A stretch of 32,000 nt of DNA from Caldivirga maquilingensis IC-167 (lineage in GTDB: Archaea; Thermoproteota; Thermoprotei; Thermoproteales; Thermocladiaceae): contig NC_009954.1 in the NCBI RefSeq assembly GCF_000018305.1, positions 1,710,001 to 1,742,000 of the forward strand. The letters run 5' to 3'. Under the pieces are notes generated by a model. It was not told the origin of the DNA, ran no database searches, and saw nothing but the letters and a program-made list of their open reading frames with translations. Position numbers and translations under genes: made by a program. Within the stretch, counting starts at the first letter, position 1, and each line of letters begins with the position of its first letter. Shown piece after piece: positions 9,023 to 16,430 of this stretch.

Positions 9023-9822
9023 GAAATCACCAGTATCATTAACATTGGTAGTAGAATTATTATTAATGGCTCCATTAACACCGTGATTGGGCTACTGAGA
9101 TTAATACTAATAAACTTCTCCATACTTAACACATGCTTAATTAAAACATACTCAGCAATCACTATGATTACGTATAATACCGCAGTGAGCAGTGGGGTGT
9201 AGGCTATTGCTGCAACTGCCTCATCACCAATCATTAACCTAAGCCTCTTAAAGGCATCGGTTAGGTAATTGAGGTAATTCAATGATATGTAGAATGATGA
9301 TAAGGTAATAATTACTGAGAACACCACGTAAATTAACCATGTGTAGTTGGTTAATTCACTGAATAACCTAGCCGTGAAGTAGGCTGAGGGATTTTGAGGT
9401 ATAATTAAGATCCCGTTACTGGTATTGCTTGAATTAGTGAACTTAATTATTATTGGGTAACCATATGGGTAATCCCTAATTAAGGTACAATTCAATAACT
9501 GTGCCGCCTGTGCCCTTAAATTACCTGTTAATTCAATGAATGTGATGCATTCATTATCTTTAACATGGAATCCATATATGCTGGCGTAGGCTGTGTTAAT
9601 TATGTAAAACGAAACCTTAACGCCATTCAAGGTAATTACCCCGTAATCCACCGAGACCTTTACTAAACCACCATTGTATTGTTGATTATAGGCTACGGCG
9701 TAGTGGGCTATTAATATTGATATTAAGGCTATTGAGGATGCGATTGAGAAGAGTAAGTACCTTAAAGTGAATTCCCTTAAACCCGCATGAATGGCCTTAA
9801 GCTTAAGCCTAGTATTACGCAT
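8998..9822 (-). CDS. Membrane protein, TM1 - ~110-aa external domain - 3 TM (FtsX/MacB-like topology)
   Basis: The hydropathy pattern was read by eye. The start ATG overlaps the upstream stop by 8 nt (ATGCGTAA). There is no sequence motif I can tie to a named family. Confidence 0.55.
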   Translation of the reverse strand: MRNTRLKLKAIHAGLREFTLRYLLFSIASSIALISILIAHYAVAYNQQYNGGLVKVSVDYGVITLNGVKVSFYIINTAYASIYGFHVKDNECITFIELTGNLRAQAAQLLNCTLIRDYPYGYPIIIKFTNSSNTSNGILIIPQNPSAYFTARLFSELTNYTWLIYVVFSVIITLSSFYISLNYLNYLTDAFKRLRLMIGDEAVAAIAYTPLLTAVLYVIIVIAEYVLIKHVLSMEKFISINLSSPITVLMEPLIIILLPMLMILVISWRRSSWY

Positions 9823-10378
9823 GAATAACCGCGCCCATGATTGTTAACTCCAGGTACTCTACGTAGGCAGCTATGAAAAGTATTAACACTGATAGAAGTA
9901 GTCTAAGCACCCAGTTTATTAGGGTCGTGTTTAAGGGCCTCCGCTTAATCACGTTCACTGAGGCGTCAACTGAATTGTAGGCTGATAATGAGTATGAGAA
10001 TAACTCCAGTAATCCATGAGGTAGTATTGCTGATGAAACGTAGGCTAAAATAAGGTATAGTACGCTAACACCAATACTACTGACTACAATATAGCCAAGT
10101 GCAATGCCTGTGAATCCGATTAAAATAACATACATTATTGGACCTATGAACGGTATGTTCATGATTAAGTTAAGGCTTAGGTTATGTGTAAATATCACCA
10201 TGTATGATGGATGCTGTGCAAGGCTTTCAAGCTCCTGTAACTCACTCTTACTCAGTACTTGAATACCTCTTAACGACATAAAGTAACCAGTAACCTCACC
10301 CACTGCTAAAATCAGGAACGTGGTTAAGTAGTAGATAAACACTCTTCTAGTTAAAAGACGCTGAATCCTCAGTTCCAT
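9815..10378 (-). CDS. SpoIIM-like (DUF95) integral membrane protein
   Basis: About five TM helices and the motif ILPHGLLELFSYSL, which resembles the PHGhxE motif of the stage II sporulation protein M family. It is the first gene of a three-gene overlapping operon. Confidence 0.55.
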   Translation of the reverse strand: MELRIQRLLTRRVFIYYLTTFLILAVGEVTGYFMSLRGIQVLSKSELQELESLAQHPSYMVIFTHNLSLNLIMNIPFIGPIMYVILIGFTGIALGYIVVSSIGVSVLYLILAYVSSAILPHGLLELFSYSLSAYNSVDASVNVIKRRPLNTTLINWVLRLLLSVLILFIAAYVEYLELTIMGAVIHA

Positions 10379-10454
10379 AGATTACTCTCAGTTTCAGGGT
10401 TTTTGTTTCTTTCCATGGCATAATGATGATTAAAGGCCAGTGAACCTAGGTAGA

Positions 10455-10494
10455 AAAACTAATGTGAATTGCCTTGCCTTAGAGGATTAGTTTT
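10455..10494 (-). terminator. AT-rich hairpin followed by T5 (candidate terminator or 3'-end structure)
   Basis: A 9-bp inverted repeat, AAAACTAAT (10455-10463) and ATTAGTTTT (10486-10494), encloses a 22-nt loop. On the minus strand the 3' arm runs into TTTTT. It lies about 100 nt downstream of the stop of the 10596-10886 gene. Confidence 0.3.
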
Positions 10495-10595
10495 CACTTG
10501 TTTTGCTGATTCGCATCAATTCCATTCCACCCCTCACAGGAGGAACACTTAAAACTCATAACCTCACTATAAGGAGCAGGGGATTCAGTTAAGTT

Positions 10596-10886
10596 TTATA
10601 ATCTACTTATCCTGTACAGCATGTATAAACCCACTAGGCTTAGTAACGTTGATGCTAATAGTGGTAGGGCAATATGGTAATCAGTGTTACGTATTGTCCA
10701 CCAATAGTAGTATGATGATAGAAGTATCATGCTTTGAACCAGGAATAGGAACGCCGCTGAAATCAGTAGTTTACCAATAGGTGTGAAACCAGTATCTAAG
10801 TACTCCCTCAGAATAAATGCCACTAGGATTGTTTGAATCACTACCAGTATTATGTTAATTATCCATAATAAGTCATTCACATTCAT
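10596..10886 (-). CDS. Small 3-TM membrane protein (96 aa)
   Basis: The ORF track starts at a TTG at 10928, but that codon lies inside a TTTATATATTT box (10908-10919). The ATG at 10886 (MNVNDLLWIINIIL) is about 28 nt downstream of the box centre. Confidence 0.5.
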   Translation of the reverse strand: MNVNDLLWIINIILVVIQTILVAFILREYLDTGFTPIGKLLISAAFLFLVQSMILLSSYYYWWTIRNTDYHIALPLLASTLLSLVGLYMLYRISRL

Positions 10887-10907
10887 ACGGCAAGAAGTGG
10901 TTAGAGT

Positions 10908-10919
10908 AAATATATAAAG
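10908..10919 (-). promoter_or_regulatory. TATA box for the small membrane-protein gene
   Basis: The minus strand reads CTTTATATATTT, centred about 28 nt upstream of the ATG at 10886. Confidence 0.45.
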
Positions 10920-10941
10920 ATTTTTCAACCTTTAAACCTAA

Positions 10942-11436
10942 TTACACCCTCCTACCCCTCCTACCTCCAGGTGGCCTAATGGTATCATGGGGTATTGGGG
11001 TAACATCCTCAATCCTGCCAATTATCATGCCTGCCCTAGCCAATGCCCTAATAGCCGCAACAGCACCCGGTCCTGGAACCTTAAGCCCATACCCACCGGG
11101 GCCCCTAACCTTAACGTGAACGGCATTAATGCCTCTTGCCATGGCTATTTGAGCCGCCTTGTAGGCAGCCATCATGGCTGCGTATGGGCTTGGTTTATCC
11201 CTATCAGCCTTAACAACCTGCCCACCACTAACCCTAGCCACAGTCTCACTCCCTGTTAAATCAGTTATAATTATCATTGTGTTGTTAGAGCTTGCGTAAA
11301 TGTAAGCAATACCCCACCTAAGCTTCCTCAACTGTTGCACAACCTGCTGAGGCGTAGCCTGAACCTGGGTTGCTTGCTGAGACTGCTGAACCTGCTGTGT
11401 GGCTTCCTGCTCATTAGATGATGCTTCAGTGGACAC
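10942..11436 (-). CDS. rps11: 30S ribosomal protein uS11 with a Gln-rich N-terminal extension
   Basis: The C-terminal ~128 aa read [25 protein letters not shown]...[17 protein letters not shown]...GPGGYG...[24 protein letters not shown], which is unmistakably archaeal S11. The 238-aa ORF has no internal ATG before the conserved core. A GTG at 11436 (read as [10 protein letters not shown]) sits about 25 nt from the TATA box at 11458-11465. Confidence 0.9.
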   Translation of the reverse strand: MSTEASSNEQEATQQVQQSQQATQVQATPQQVVQQLRKLRWGIAYIYASSNNTMIIITDLTGSETVARVSGGQVVKADRDKPSPYAAMMAAYKAAQIAMARGINAVHVKVRGPGGYGLKVPGPGAVAAIRALARAGMIIGRIEDVTPIPHDTIRPPGGRRGRRV

Positions 11437-11457
11437 AATAACCGCATTCCCTAAGTG

Positions 11458-11465
11458 TTTATAAA
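11458..11465. promoter_or_regulatory. Palindromic TATA box TTTATAAA shared by divergent rps11 and thiL-like genes
   Basis: TTTATAAA is its own reverse complement. Its centre is 25.5 nt from the rps11 GTG (11436), and 24.5 and 27.5 nt from the thiL GTG (11486) and ATG (11489). Confidence 0.45.
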
Positions 11466-11485
11466 GATATTTTCCACAAGCCACC

Positions 11486-12436
11486 GTGATGCTTAGGGAG
11501 CTTGGTGAAGATAAGTTAATTAACATAATGCAGTCGCTGATCGAGTTAAAGTACCCTAATGCTGATAATGACGTATCATACGTTGAGTTACCTAACGTGG
11601 GTTTACTTACCCTTAAAATCGATGGTGGCTCATTATCAAGAACTAAGACAGACTTCATGACCTACTATGACGTAGGCTGGAGAATGACCATTGGCGCAGC
11701 CTCAGATCTACTTGTTAAATTCGCTAAACCAATAGCACTAGTCACGTCACTAACACTCAGGGGAGATCATACTGAATCTGAGTTGGAGGAGTTGATTAAG
11801 GGTATTAATGATGCGGCTAAGGCTATTGGCGCCAGTTACATTGGCGGTGACTTAAATGAGGGTGATGATGATGTATTAGACGTTGCGTTAATTGGAATCG
11901 CAGGTAAACCCATAGGTAGGGTGCCTCGGTTAGGTGACGTATTAGTTACAATACCTGAATTCGGCTTCACCGGGTTAATCTTTAAACTCTGGTACAGTGG
12001 CTTACTTAGTAATTACATTAATGACTCGATTGTGGTTAAGGGAATTGAATTAACCAGGAGACCAAAGCCCTGGATACCTAGTGGTGAATTAGGCAATAGG
12101 ATTAATTGCGTTAATGCATCAATGGATTCAAGTGATGGATTAGGGAGGGTATTGTATGAAATGGGTAAGGGTGTTAGGATTAGGGTTTACTCACTACCAG
12201 TTAATAAGGATGTGGAATCAACCTGCCGTAGATATGGATTAAGCGTAGAGGAGGTGGTTTTTAATGGTGGTGAGGAGTACTTACCCGTATTAGCGGTAAA
12301 GCCTGAATGCCTAGATTACTTTAAGGCGTTAGGCTTCGTGGATTTCGCTAAGGTTGAGGAGGGTAATGGGGTGTATTTGGATTCAAGGGAACTTAAACAT
12401 AGGGGGTGGGTTTACTTCACTAAGCCCAATTACTAA
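11486..12436 (+). CDS. thiL: Thiamine-monophosphate kinase-like (AIR-synthase/PurM superfamily)
   Basis: The N-terminus [10 protein letters not shown] resembles the ThiL LSELGEFGLI start. Downstream are [14 protein letters not shown] and IGGDLNEG...LDVALIG motifs and a C-terminal AIRS_C-like half. The start could be the GTG at 11486 or the ATG at 11489. Confidence 0.6.
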   Translation: MMLRELGEDKLINIMQSLIELKYPNADNDVSYVELPNVGLLTLKIDGGSLSRTKTDFMTYYDVGWRMTIGAASDLLVKFAKPIALVTSLTLRGDHTESELEELIKGINDAAKAIGASYIGGDLNEGDDDVLDVALIGIAGKPIGRVPRLGDVLVTIPEFGFTGLIFKLWYSGLLSNYINDSIVVKGIELTRRPKPWIPSGELGNRINCVNASMDSSDGLGRVLYEMGKGVRIRVYSLPVNKDVESTCRRYGLSVEEVVFNGGEEYLPVLAVKPECLDYFKALGFVDFAKVEEGNGVYLDSRELKHRGWVYFTKPNY

Positions 12437-12465
12437 TGCTCCCTTAAGCATTGAGTTAAGGAAAA

Positions 12466-12473
12466 TTTAAATA
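12466..12473 (+). promoter_or_regulatory. TATA box for the NMNAT gene
   Basis: TTTAAATA is centred 27.5 nt upstream of the ATG at 12497. Confidence 0.45.
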
Positions 12474-12496
12474 AGAATTAAAGCATTAGCGCAGTC

Positions 12497-13033
12497 ATGG
12501 TGAGGGGCCTATTCATAGGTAGGTTTCAACCACCGCATTGGGGTCATGTCTGGGCCATTAAGGCTATTTTAAGTGAGGTTGATGAAGTTATAATTGTTTT
12601 AGGGTCGGCTCAATTCAATTACATAGAGAAAGACCCCTTCACTGTTGGGGAGAGGATATGGATGCTTAGGGAGGGGTTAAGGGAGGGTGGGGTTGACCTC
12701 AGTAGGGTTATAATAGTTCCAGTACCTAATATTGAGAATAACGCGGCCTGGTTAAGCCACATTAAATCCTACCTACCCCCCTTCCAAGTAGCCTACACGG
12801 GTAATCCATTCGTAGCCATGCTGCTTAAGGAGGGTGGGGTTGAGGTTAGGCAGCAGCCTATCTTCGATAGGGGGAAGTACGTGTCGACTAGGATTAGGGA
12901 AATGATGATTAAGGGTGACTCAACCTGGAGGGAGCTTGTACCAAATTCAGTGGCTAGGATAATAGATGAGGTTAAGGGTGTTGAGAGGCTTAGGGTAATA
13001 ATTACTGGTGAGGCTGAGCCCCATAGGTGGTGA
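12497..13033 (+). CDS. Nicotinamide-nucleotide adenylyltransferase (archaeal type)
   Basis: GLFIGRFQPPHWGH is the nucleotidyltransferase (H/T)xGH motif in its archaeal NMNAT context. The 178-aa size fits, and the later ISTRIRE-like motif appears as VSTRIREMM. Confidence 0.9.
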   Translation: MVRGLFIGRFQPPHWGHVWAIKAILSEVDEVIIVLGSAQFNYIEKDPFTVGERIWMLREGLREGGVDLSRVIIVPVPNIENNAAWLSHIKSYLPPFQVAYTGNPFVAMLLKEGGVEVRQQPIFDRGKYVSTRIREMMIKGDSTWRELVPNSVARIIDEVKGVERLRVIITGEAEPHRW

Positions 13034-14806
13034 TCATATTACAAACACCTTTGATATTAATGGTGAAGCTAAGTATATTACAAGTACTATTGCCGTTATG
13101 GCTACTGCATGCTTAAAGCCAGCGGATAACTCCCCCTCACCCAGCTTACCCGCCACTAAACCCATTACGAATGAGTCAACCACAATGGTTAAGGCGAAGC
13201 TACCTACGACGTAGTTAACGTAGTATTGGGGAATATGCAGGAAGACACTGGATAAGCCAACCACGGTGAACACCATAATCACCAGGGTTAAGGTAAGTAT
13301 CATGGCCCCTATGTAGGGTACGAACCTAAGTGGCTTAAGCCTTGCGAGTAAATCATCATTAATCCTAATCATTAGGGATGAGAATGATGCAAGGGACTCC
13401 AGGGTCTCAGGGGTTGCTCCACCATACTCTATTGACTCAAGCAGCAGCCATGCGAAAACCCTGGCGTAATAGGACCTTGTCCTATTCATGAATTCCGATA
13501 AGACAACCCTAATCGGTATACCATACCTAATCTGCTTACTAATATCCTTAAGGTACCTGGATAATGCACCATAATCCCTAGTGTCAGCCAGCGTGCTTAT
13601 AATCTTCTCAGGCGTGAAGCCACTTTTACGTAACTCAGTGAAGTCCCTGAGGAAGTCTGAGAAGGCCCTCTCAAGGCTACGCCTCTCAGCAATAACCCTC
13701 TCAGCATATAACGCTGCTGGGACGTAGGCTATAATTAAGACGACCGCCATGTAGGTTGCGAAATCCAGGCTAACCGGGCCCACGTTTATTGAGTAGCCTA
13801 AGTCACCGTGAAACACCGTGTTGTAGCCTATTAGTAGAGCCACCATGGCTACCATTGATGATACACCAACCGCTATATAAGGCCTAACGTCAGTGTACGG
13901 GACCCTATATATTGAGACCTCACCAAGGTATATGAACGCCACTGATATTGCTGGGATAACCAATAGACCGAAGAGTAAATTATTACTAACCGCCTGCTGA
14001 AGCGCGCTCACTGAGTTACCTGTTGGTGTTATTGCTTGGGCTAGGTAAAGTACGTTAAGGCCTATTAGTAGAATTACCCCAGCCCCAATGTATGATTCCA
14101 TTAATGTTGATAGGAATTCAGCACCCCTCCTTATTTTATCAAGCGTATCGTTAACTATTTCATTGAGCCTTATTTCAAGGTAATGAAGTATGTCTCCCCC
14201 AGTCCTAACGTTAGTTACGTAACCCATTATTAAGTTTTGGAATAAGTGACTTGGCGTGCTTAACGCTGATTCCGTTAAGGCTGTTAACGGATCCATGCCT
14301 ATCGCCTTATTCTTAACAACTATTTCCCTAGCTATCTTGCCTATGGCCTCAAGTAGCCTAATGTTGGCTAACCTCTCTATGGCTGATGTAACGCTTAACC
14401 CTGATTGGGAAATCATGGCTAAGTACGCTGCGAAGAAGGGTAATTCTGAGTCAACCTTATATTGAAGGTCGGAGAGCTGCATCTTAGGTAGCGTCATCAT
14501 CATTACGTAGACTATGAAGGGTAGGACAATCATTACTAAGCCTATGCTGAGAACTGTAATTGACTTAACCGTTAAATTAAATGAACCCATAATTGACTCA
14601 ATACTGTTGTAGGTTAAGTATAATCCAATGGGTACTGAGAGAACGGCTGTAATTATTGTTGCGAAGAAGACCCTTGCCATGAATCTTTCAGGAAGCATGT
14701 AAACCTTAGCATTCTTCAGCACCCTCTCTAACTGCTCCCCACGCCTCTTAACATACCAGTTGACTAATGGTTCAGTAACCACTAGTGATAATTCATCAAA
14801 GTCCAC
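13034..14806 (-). CDS. Type II secretion system F-domain membrane platform protein (FlaJ/TadC/PilC-like)
   Basis: There are two T2SSF-like helical cytoplasmic modules (ELPFFAAYLAMISQSGLSVTSAIERLA and AFSDFLRDFTELRKSGFTPEKIISTLA), each followed by TM bundles. The 590-aa size is typical of archaeal platform proteins. A GTG start at 14806 has a TTTATAAG box about 24 nt upstream. Confidence 0.75.
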   Translation of the reverse strand: MDFDELSLVVTEPLVNWYVKRRGEQLERVLKNAKVYMLPERFMARVFFATIITAVLSVPIGLYLTYNSIESIMGSFNLTVKSITVLSIGLVMIVLPFIVYVMMMTLPKMQLSDLQYKVDSELPFFAAYLAMISQSGLSVTSAIERLANIRLLEAIGKIAREIVVKNKAIGMDPLTALTESALSTPSHLFQNLIMGYVTNVRTGGDILHYLEIRLNEIVNDTLDKIRRGAEFLSTLMESYIGAGVILLIGLNVLYLAQAITPTGNSVSALQQAVSNNLLFGLLVIPAISVAFIYLGEVSIYRVPYTDVRPYIAVGVSSMVAMVALLIGYNTVFHGDLGYSINVGPVSLDFATYMAVVLIIAYVPAALYAERVIAERRSLERAFSDFLRDFTELRKSGFTPEKIISTLADTRDYGALSRYLKDISKQIRYGIPIRVVLSEFMNRTRSYYARVFAWLLLESIEYGGATPETLESLASFSSLMIRINDDLLARLKPLRFVPYIGAMILTLTLVIMVFTVVGLSSVFLHIPQYYVNYVVGSFALTIVVDSFVMGLVAGKLGEGELSAGFKHAVAITAIVLVIYLASPLISKVFVI

Positions 14807-14826
14807 CAGTATTACTCTAGTATTTA

Positions 14827-14834
14827 CTTATAAA
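14827..14834 (-). promoter_or_regulatory. TATA box for the T2SS-F-like gene
   Basis: The minus strand reads TTTATAAG, centred about 24.5 nt upstream of the GTG at 14806. This argues for a promoter separate from the upstream UDG gene. Confidence 0.4.
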
Positions 14835-14884
14835 GTTTACTTAATGCCCCACCATCTAGGGTTAATGCATACTCATGCTGCTTA

Positions 14885-15523
14885 TTAGCCATTAAGGTAA
14901 TCTAAAATGCTTGAACCACCCTTACTGGCATTAAACGCCTTAGCTAAATCCTCCTTAATCAAGTTTCTCACCGATGGATTATATAACGCGGCCGCTGGGT
15001 GGTAGGTTGGGTAAACATCAGCATTAACACCAGCGATATTAACCTTAAACACCTTACCCCTAACCTTAGCCAACTCACTGAAGCCTAACCCATTGAGGCT
15101 AAGTATTACTCTAGTACTATGCCTACCCAGGGTTATTATCTTCCTAGGCCTAACCACGGCTATTTGCCTAATTAAGTATGGTTTACAAGCATTAATCTCC
15201 TCCTCAGTTGGATCCCTATTATTAGGTGGCCTACACTTAACTACATTAGTTATATATAAGTTACCCCTATCAACCCCAATCTCATGAAGCAATTCATCAA
15301 GCAGCTTACCAGCGGCACCAACAAACGGTCTACCAGTCTCATCCTCAACCCTACCTGGCGCCTCCCCAATTAACATAACCTCAGCCCTCGGATTACCCTC
15401 ACCTGGTACAGCCTTCTTTCTACTCAAGTACAGTGGGCACTTCCTGCAGTTACTCACCTCACTGTTGATTTCAGCTAATTCATCATCCTCCCCCTGTGGC
15501 CCACTACGGTTCATGGCATTCAC
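14885..15523 (-). CDS. udg: Uracil-DNA glycosylase, family 4 (Fe-S type)
   Basis: Motifs CRKCPL, GEGNPxAEVMLIGEAPG, GRPFVGAAGKLLD and HPAAALY, plus later Cys residues (VVKCRPP, INACKPY). The ATG at 15514 (M4) may be the true start. Confidence 0.9.
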   Translation of the reverse strand: MNAMNRSGPQGEDDELAEINSEVSNCRKCPLYLSRKKAVPGEGNPRAEVMLIGEAPGRVEDETGRPFVGAAGKLLDELLHEIGVDRGNLYITNVVKCRPPNNRDPTEEEINACKPYLIRQIAVVRPRKIITLGRHSTRVILSLNGLGFSELAKVRGKVFKVNIAGVNADVYPTYHPAAALYNPSVRNLIKEDLAKAFNASKGGSSILDYLNG

Positions 15524-15646
15524 TAGGACTTAGGCTAAGTTTAATTCCCCCTATTTAAGGGTTAAACGCACCTTCACTTATATAGTACTCAACATTAAGC
15601 CTAAACAATCTTCATGGTTTTTAATTGAATATTCTTAAGCATAATT

Positions 15647-15654
15647 TTTATAAG
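15647..15654 (+). promoter_or_regulatory. TATA box for the Cys4/coiled-coil gene pair
   Basis: TTTATAAG is centred 27.5 nt upstream of the ATG at 15678. Confidence 0.45.
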
Positions 15655-15677
15655 CATAAGGTATCTATTTAAATCTG

Positions 15678-16430
15678 ATGAGAAACGTTTGCCCATTGCT
15701 TAAAAAGACTGAGGGAGGTTACATCTGCGGTGCGGTGGATCGCACCGTTAATCCTGAGGCTTGGTACTGCTTCATGGATTACCCATCATGTCCATTATAC
15801 ATTAATTACATTAGGAGACAGAGGAGCCAGGAAACCCAGGTTGTGGCACAGACCCAGCAGGCTACAACCGAGGTTAAGCCAATAGTTACTGTTACCCAAC
15901 AGGCGCCGGTTAGGACAGCCATTAGTGAACCTGAGGATGAAGCCGTCAGTAAGTTGAGGAGTATTCTTGATTCAATGCAGGGGAGGGTTAAGGCACTTGA
16001 TGAGACTTGGAGGGATTACGAGGATAAGGCTAATACTGCTAAGAGTGAGTTAGATAAGAATGAACACTTGATAATGCAGTACATAGCATCCCTTGAGGGT
16101 ATTAAGGCTAACCTTGAGGAATCCATTAAGGAGCTTGAGTATAGGAGGAATGCGGGTATTATTGATGAGGAGTCTTACAATAAGGCTAGGGAGTATGTTG
16201 ATAAGAGGCTTAGTAATGTTTCCCAGCAACTCAGTGAAATGAAGGAGATGTTTAATAAGATTCAGGAATCAATATTAATGCATTATAAGAGGGTTCTATC
16301 AGAGAGCACTGAGGCTGCTAAGGTTAAGTTATCACTGGCTAAGCTTGAGGAACTCTATAGGACAGGTAAGGTGAGTAAGGAGGTTTACGAGAAGATAAAG
16401 GCTCAATTAGCCGTAATAGGTGGTCAGTAA
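15678..16430 (+). CDS. Uncharacterised protein: N-terminal Cys4 module, Q/T-rich linker, coiled coil with two SHOCT-like motifs
   Basis: Cysteines fall at C5, C17, C31 and C38 (C-x11-C-x13-C-x6-C, with CPL at both ends). The linker reads QETQVVAQTQQATTEVKPIVTVTQQAP. A heptad-rich helical region follows. The SHOCT-like motifs are GIIDEESYNKAREYVDKRL and LAKLEELYRTGKVSKEVYEKIKAQL. Confidence 0.6.
   Translation: MRNVCPLLKKTEGGYICGAVDRTVNPEAWYCFMDYPSCPLYINYIRRQRSQETQVVAQTQQATTEVKPIVTVTQQAPVRTAISEPEDEAVSKLRSILDSMQGRVKALDETWRDYEDKANTAKSELDKNEHLIMQYIASLEGIKANLEESIKELEYRRNAGIIDEESYNKAREYVDKRLSNVSQQLSEMKEMFNKIQESILMHYKRVLSESTEAAKVKLSLAKLEELYRTGKVSKEVYEKIKAQLAVIGGQ

Noticed and set aside
10423-10509. 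Possible C/D-box sRNA (ATGATGA ... CTGA) in the 217-nt intergenic region
   Set aside because: The boxes are 87 nt apart, whereas archaeal C/D sRNAs are usually 50-70 nt. The internal D' and C' candidates (GTGA, ATGTGA) are degenerate and badly spaced. The flanks (GGCATA / TTCGCA) cannot form the terminal stem.
10494-10559. 21-codon CxxC micro-ORF (MSFKCSSCEGWNGIDANQQNK) on the minus strand
   Set aside because: It is too short to support from sequence alone, the SD-like TGAGGT is only 1 nt from the ATG, and there is no TATA at leaderless distance. It is kept only as a note inside the intergenic-region finding, not as a feature.
11437-11658. N-terminal 74 codons of the 238-aa ORF that contains uS11
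   Set aside because: This part is antisense to the well-supported N-terminus of the thiL-like gene ([10 protein letters not shown]...). It would also start beyond the shared TATA box and has no S11 homology. The GTG at 11436 fits the promoter geometry.
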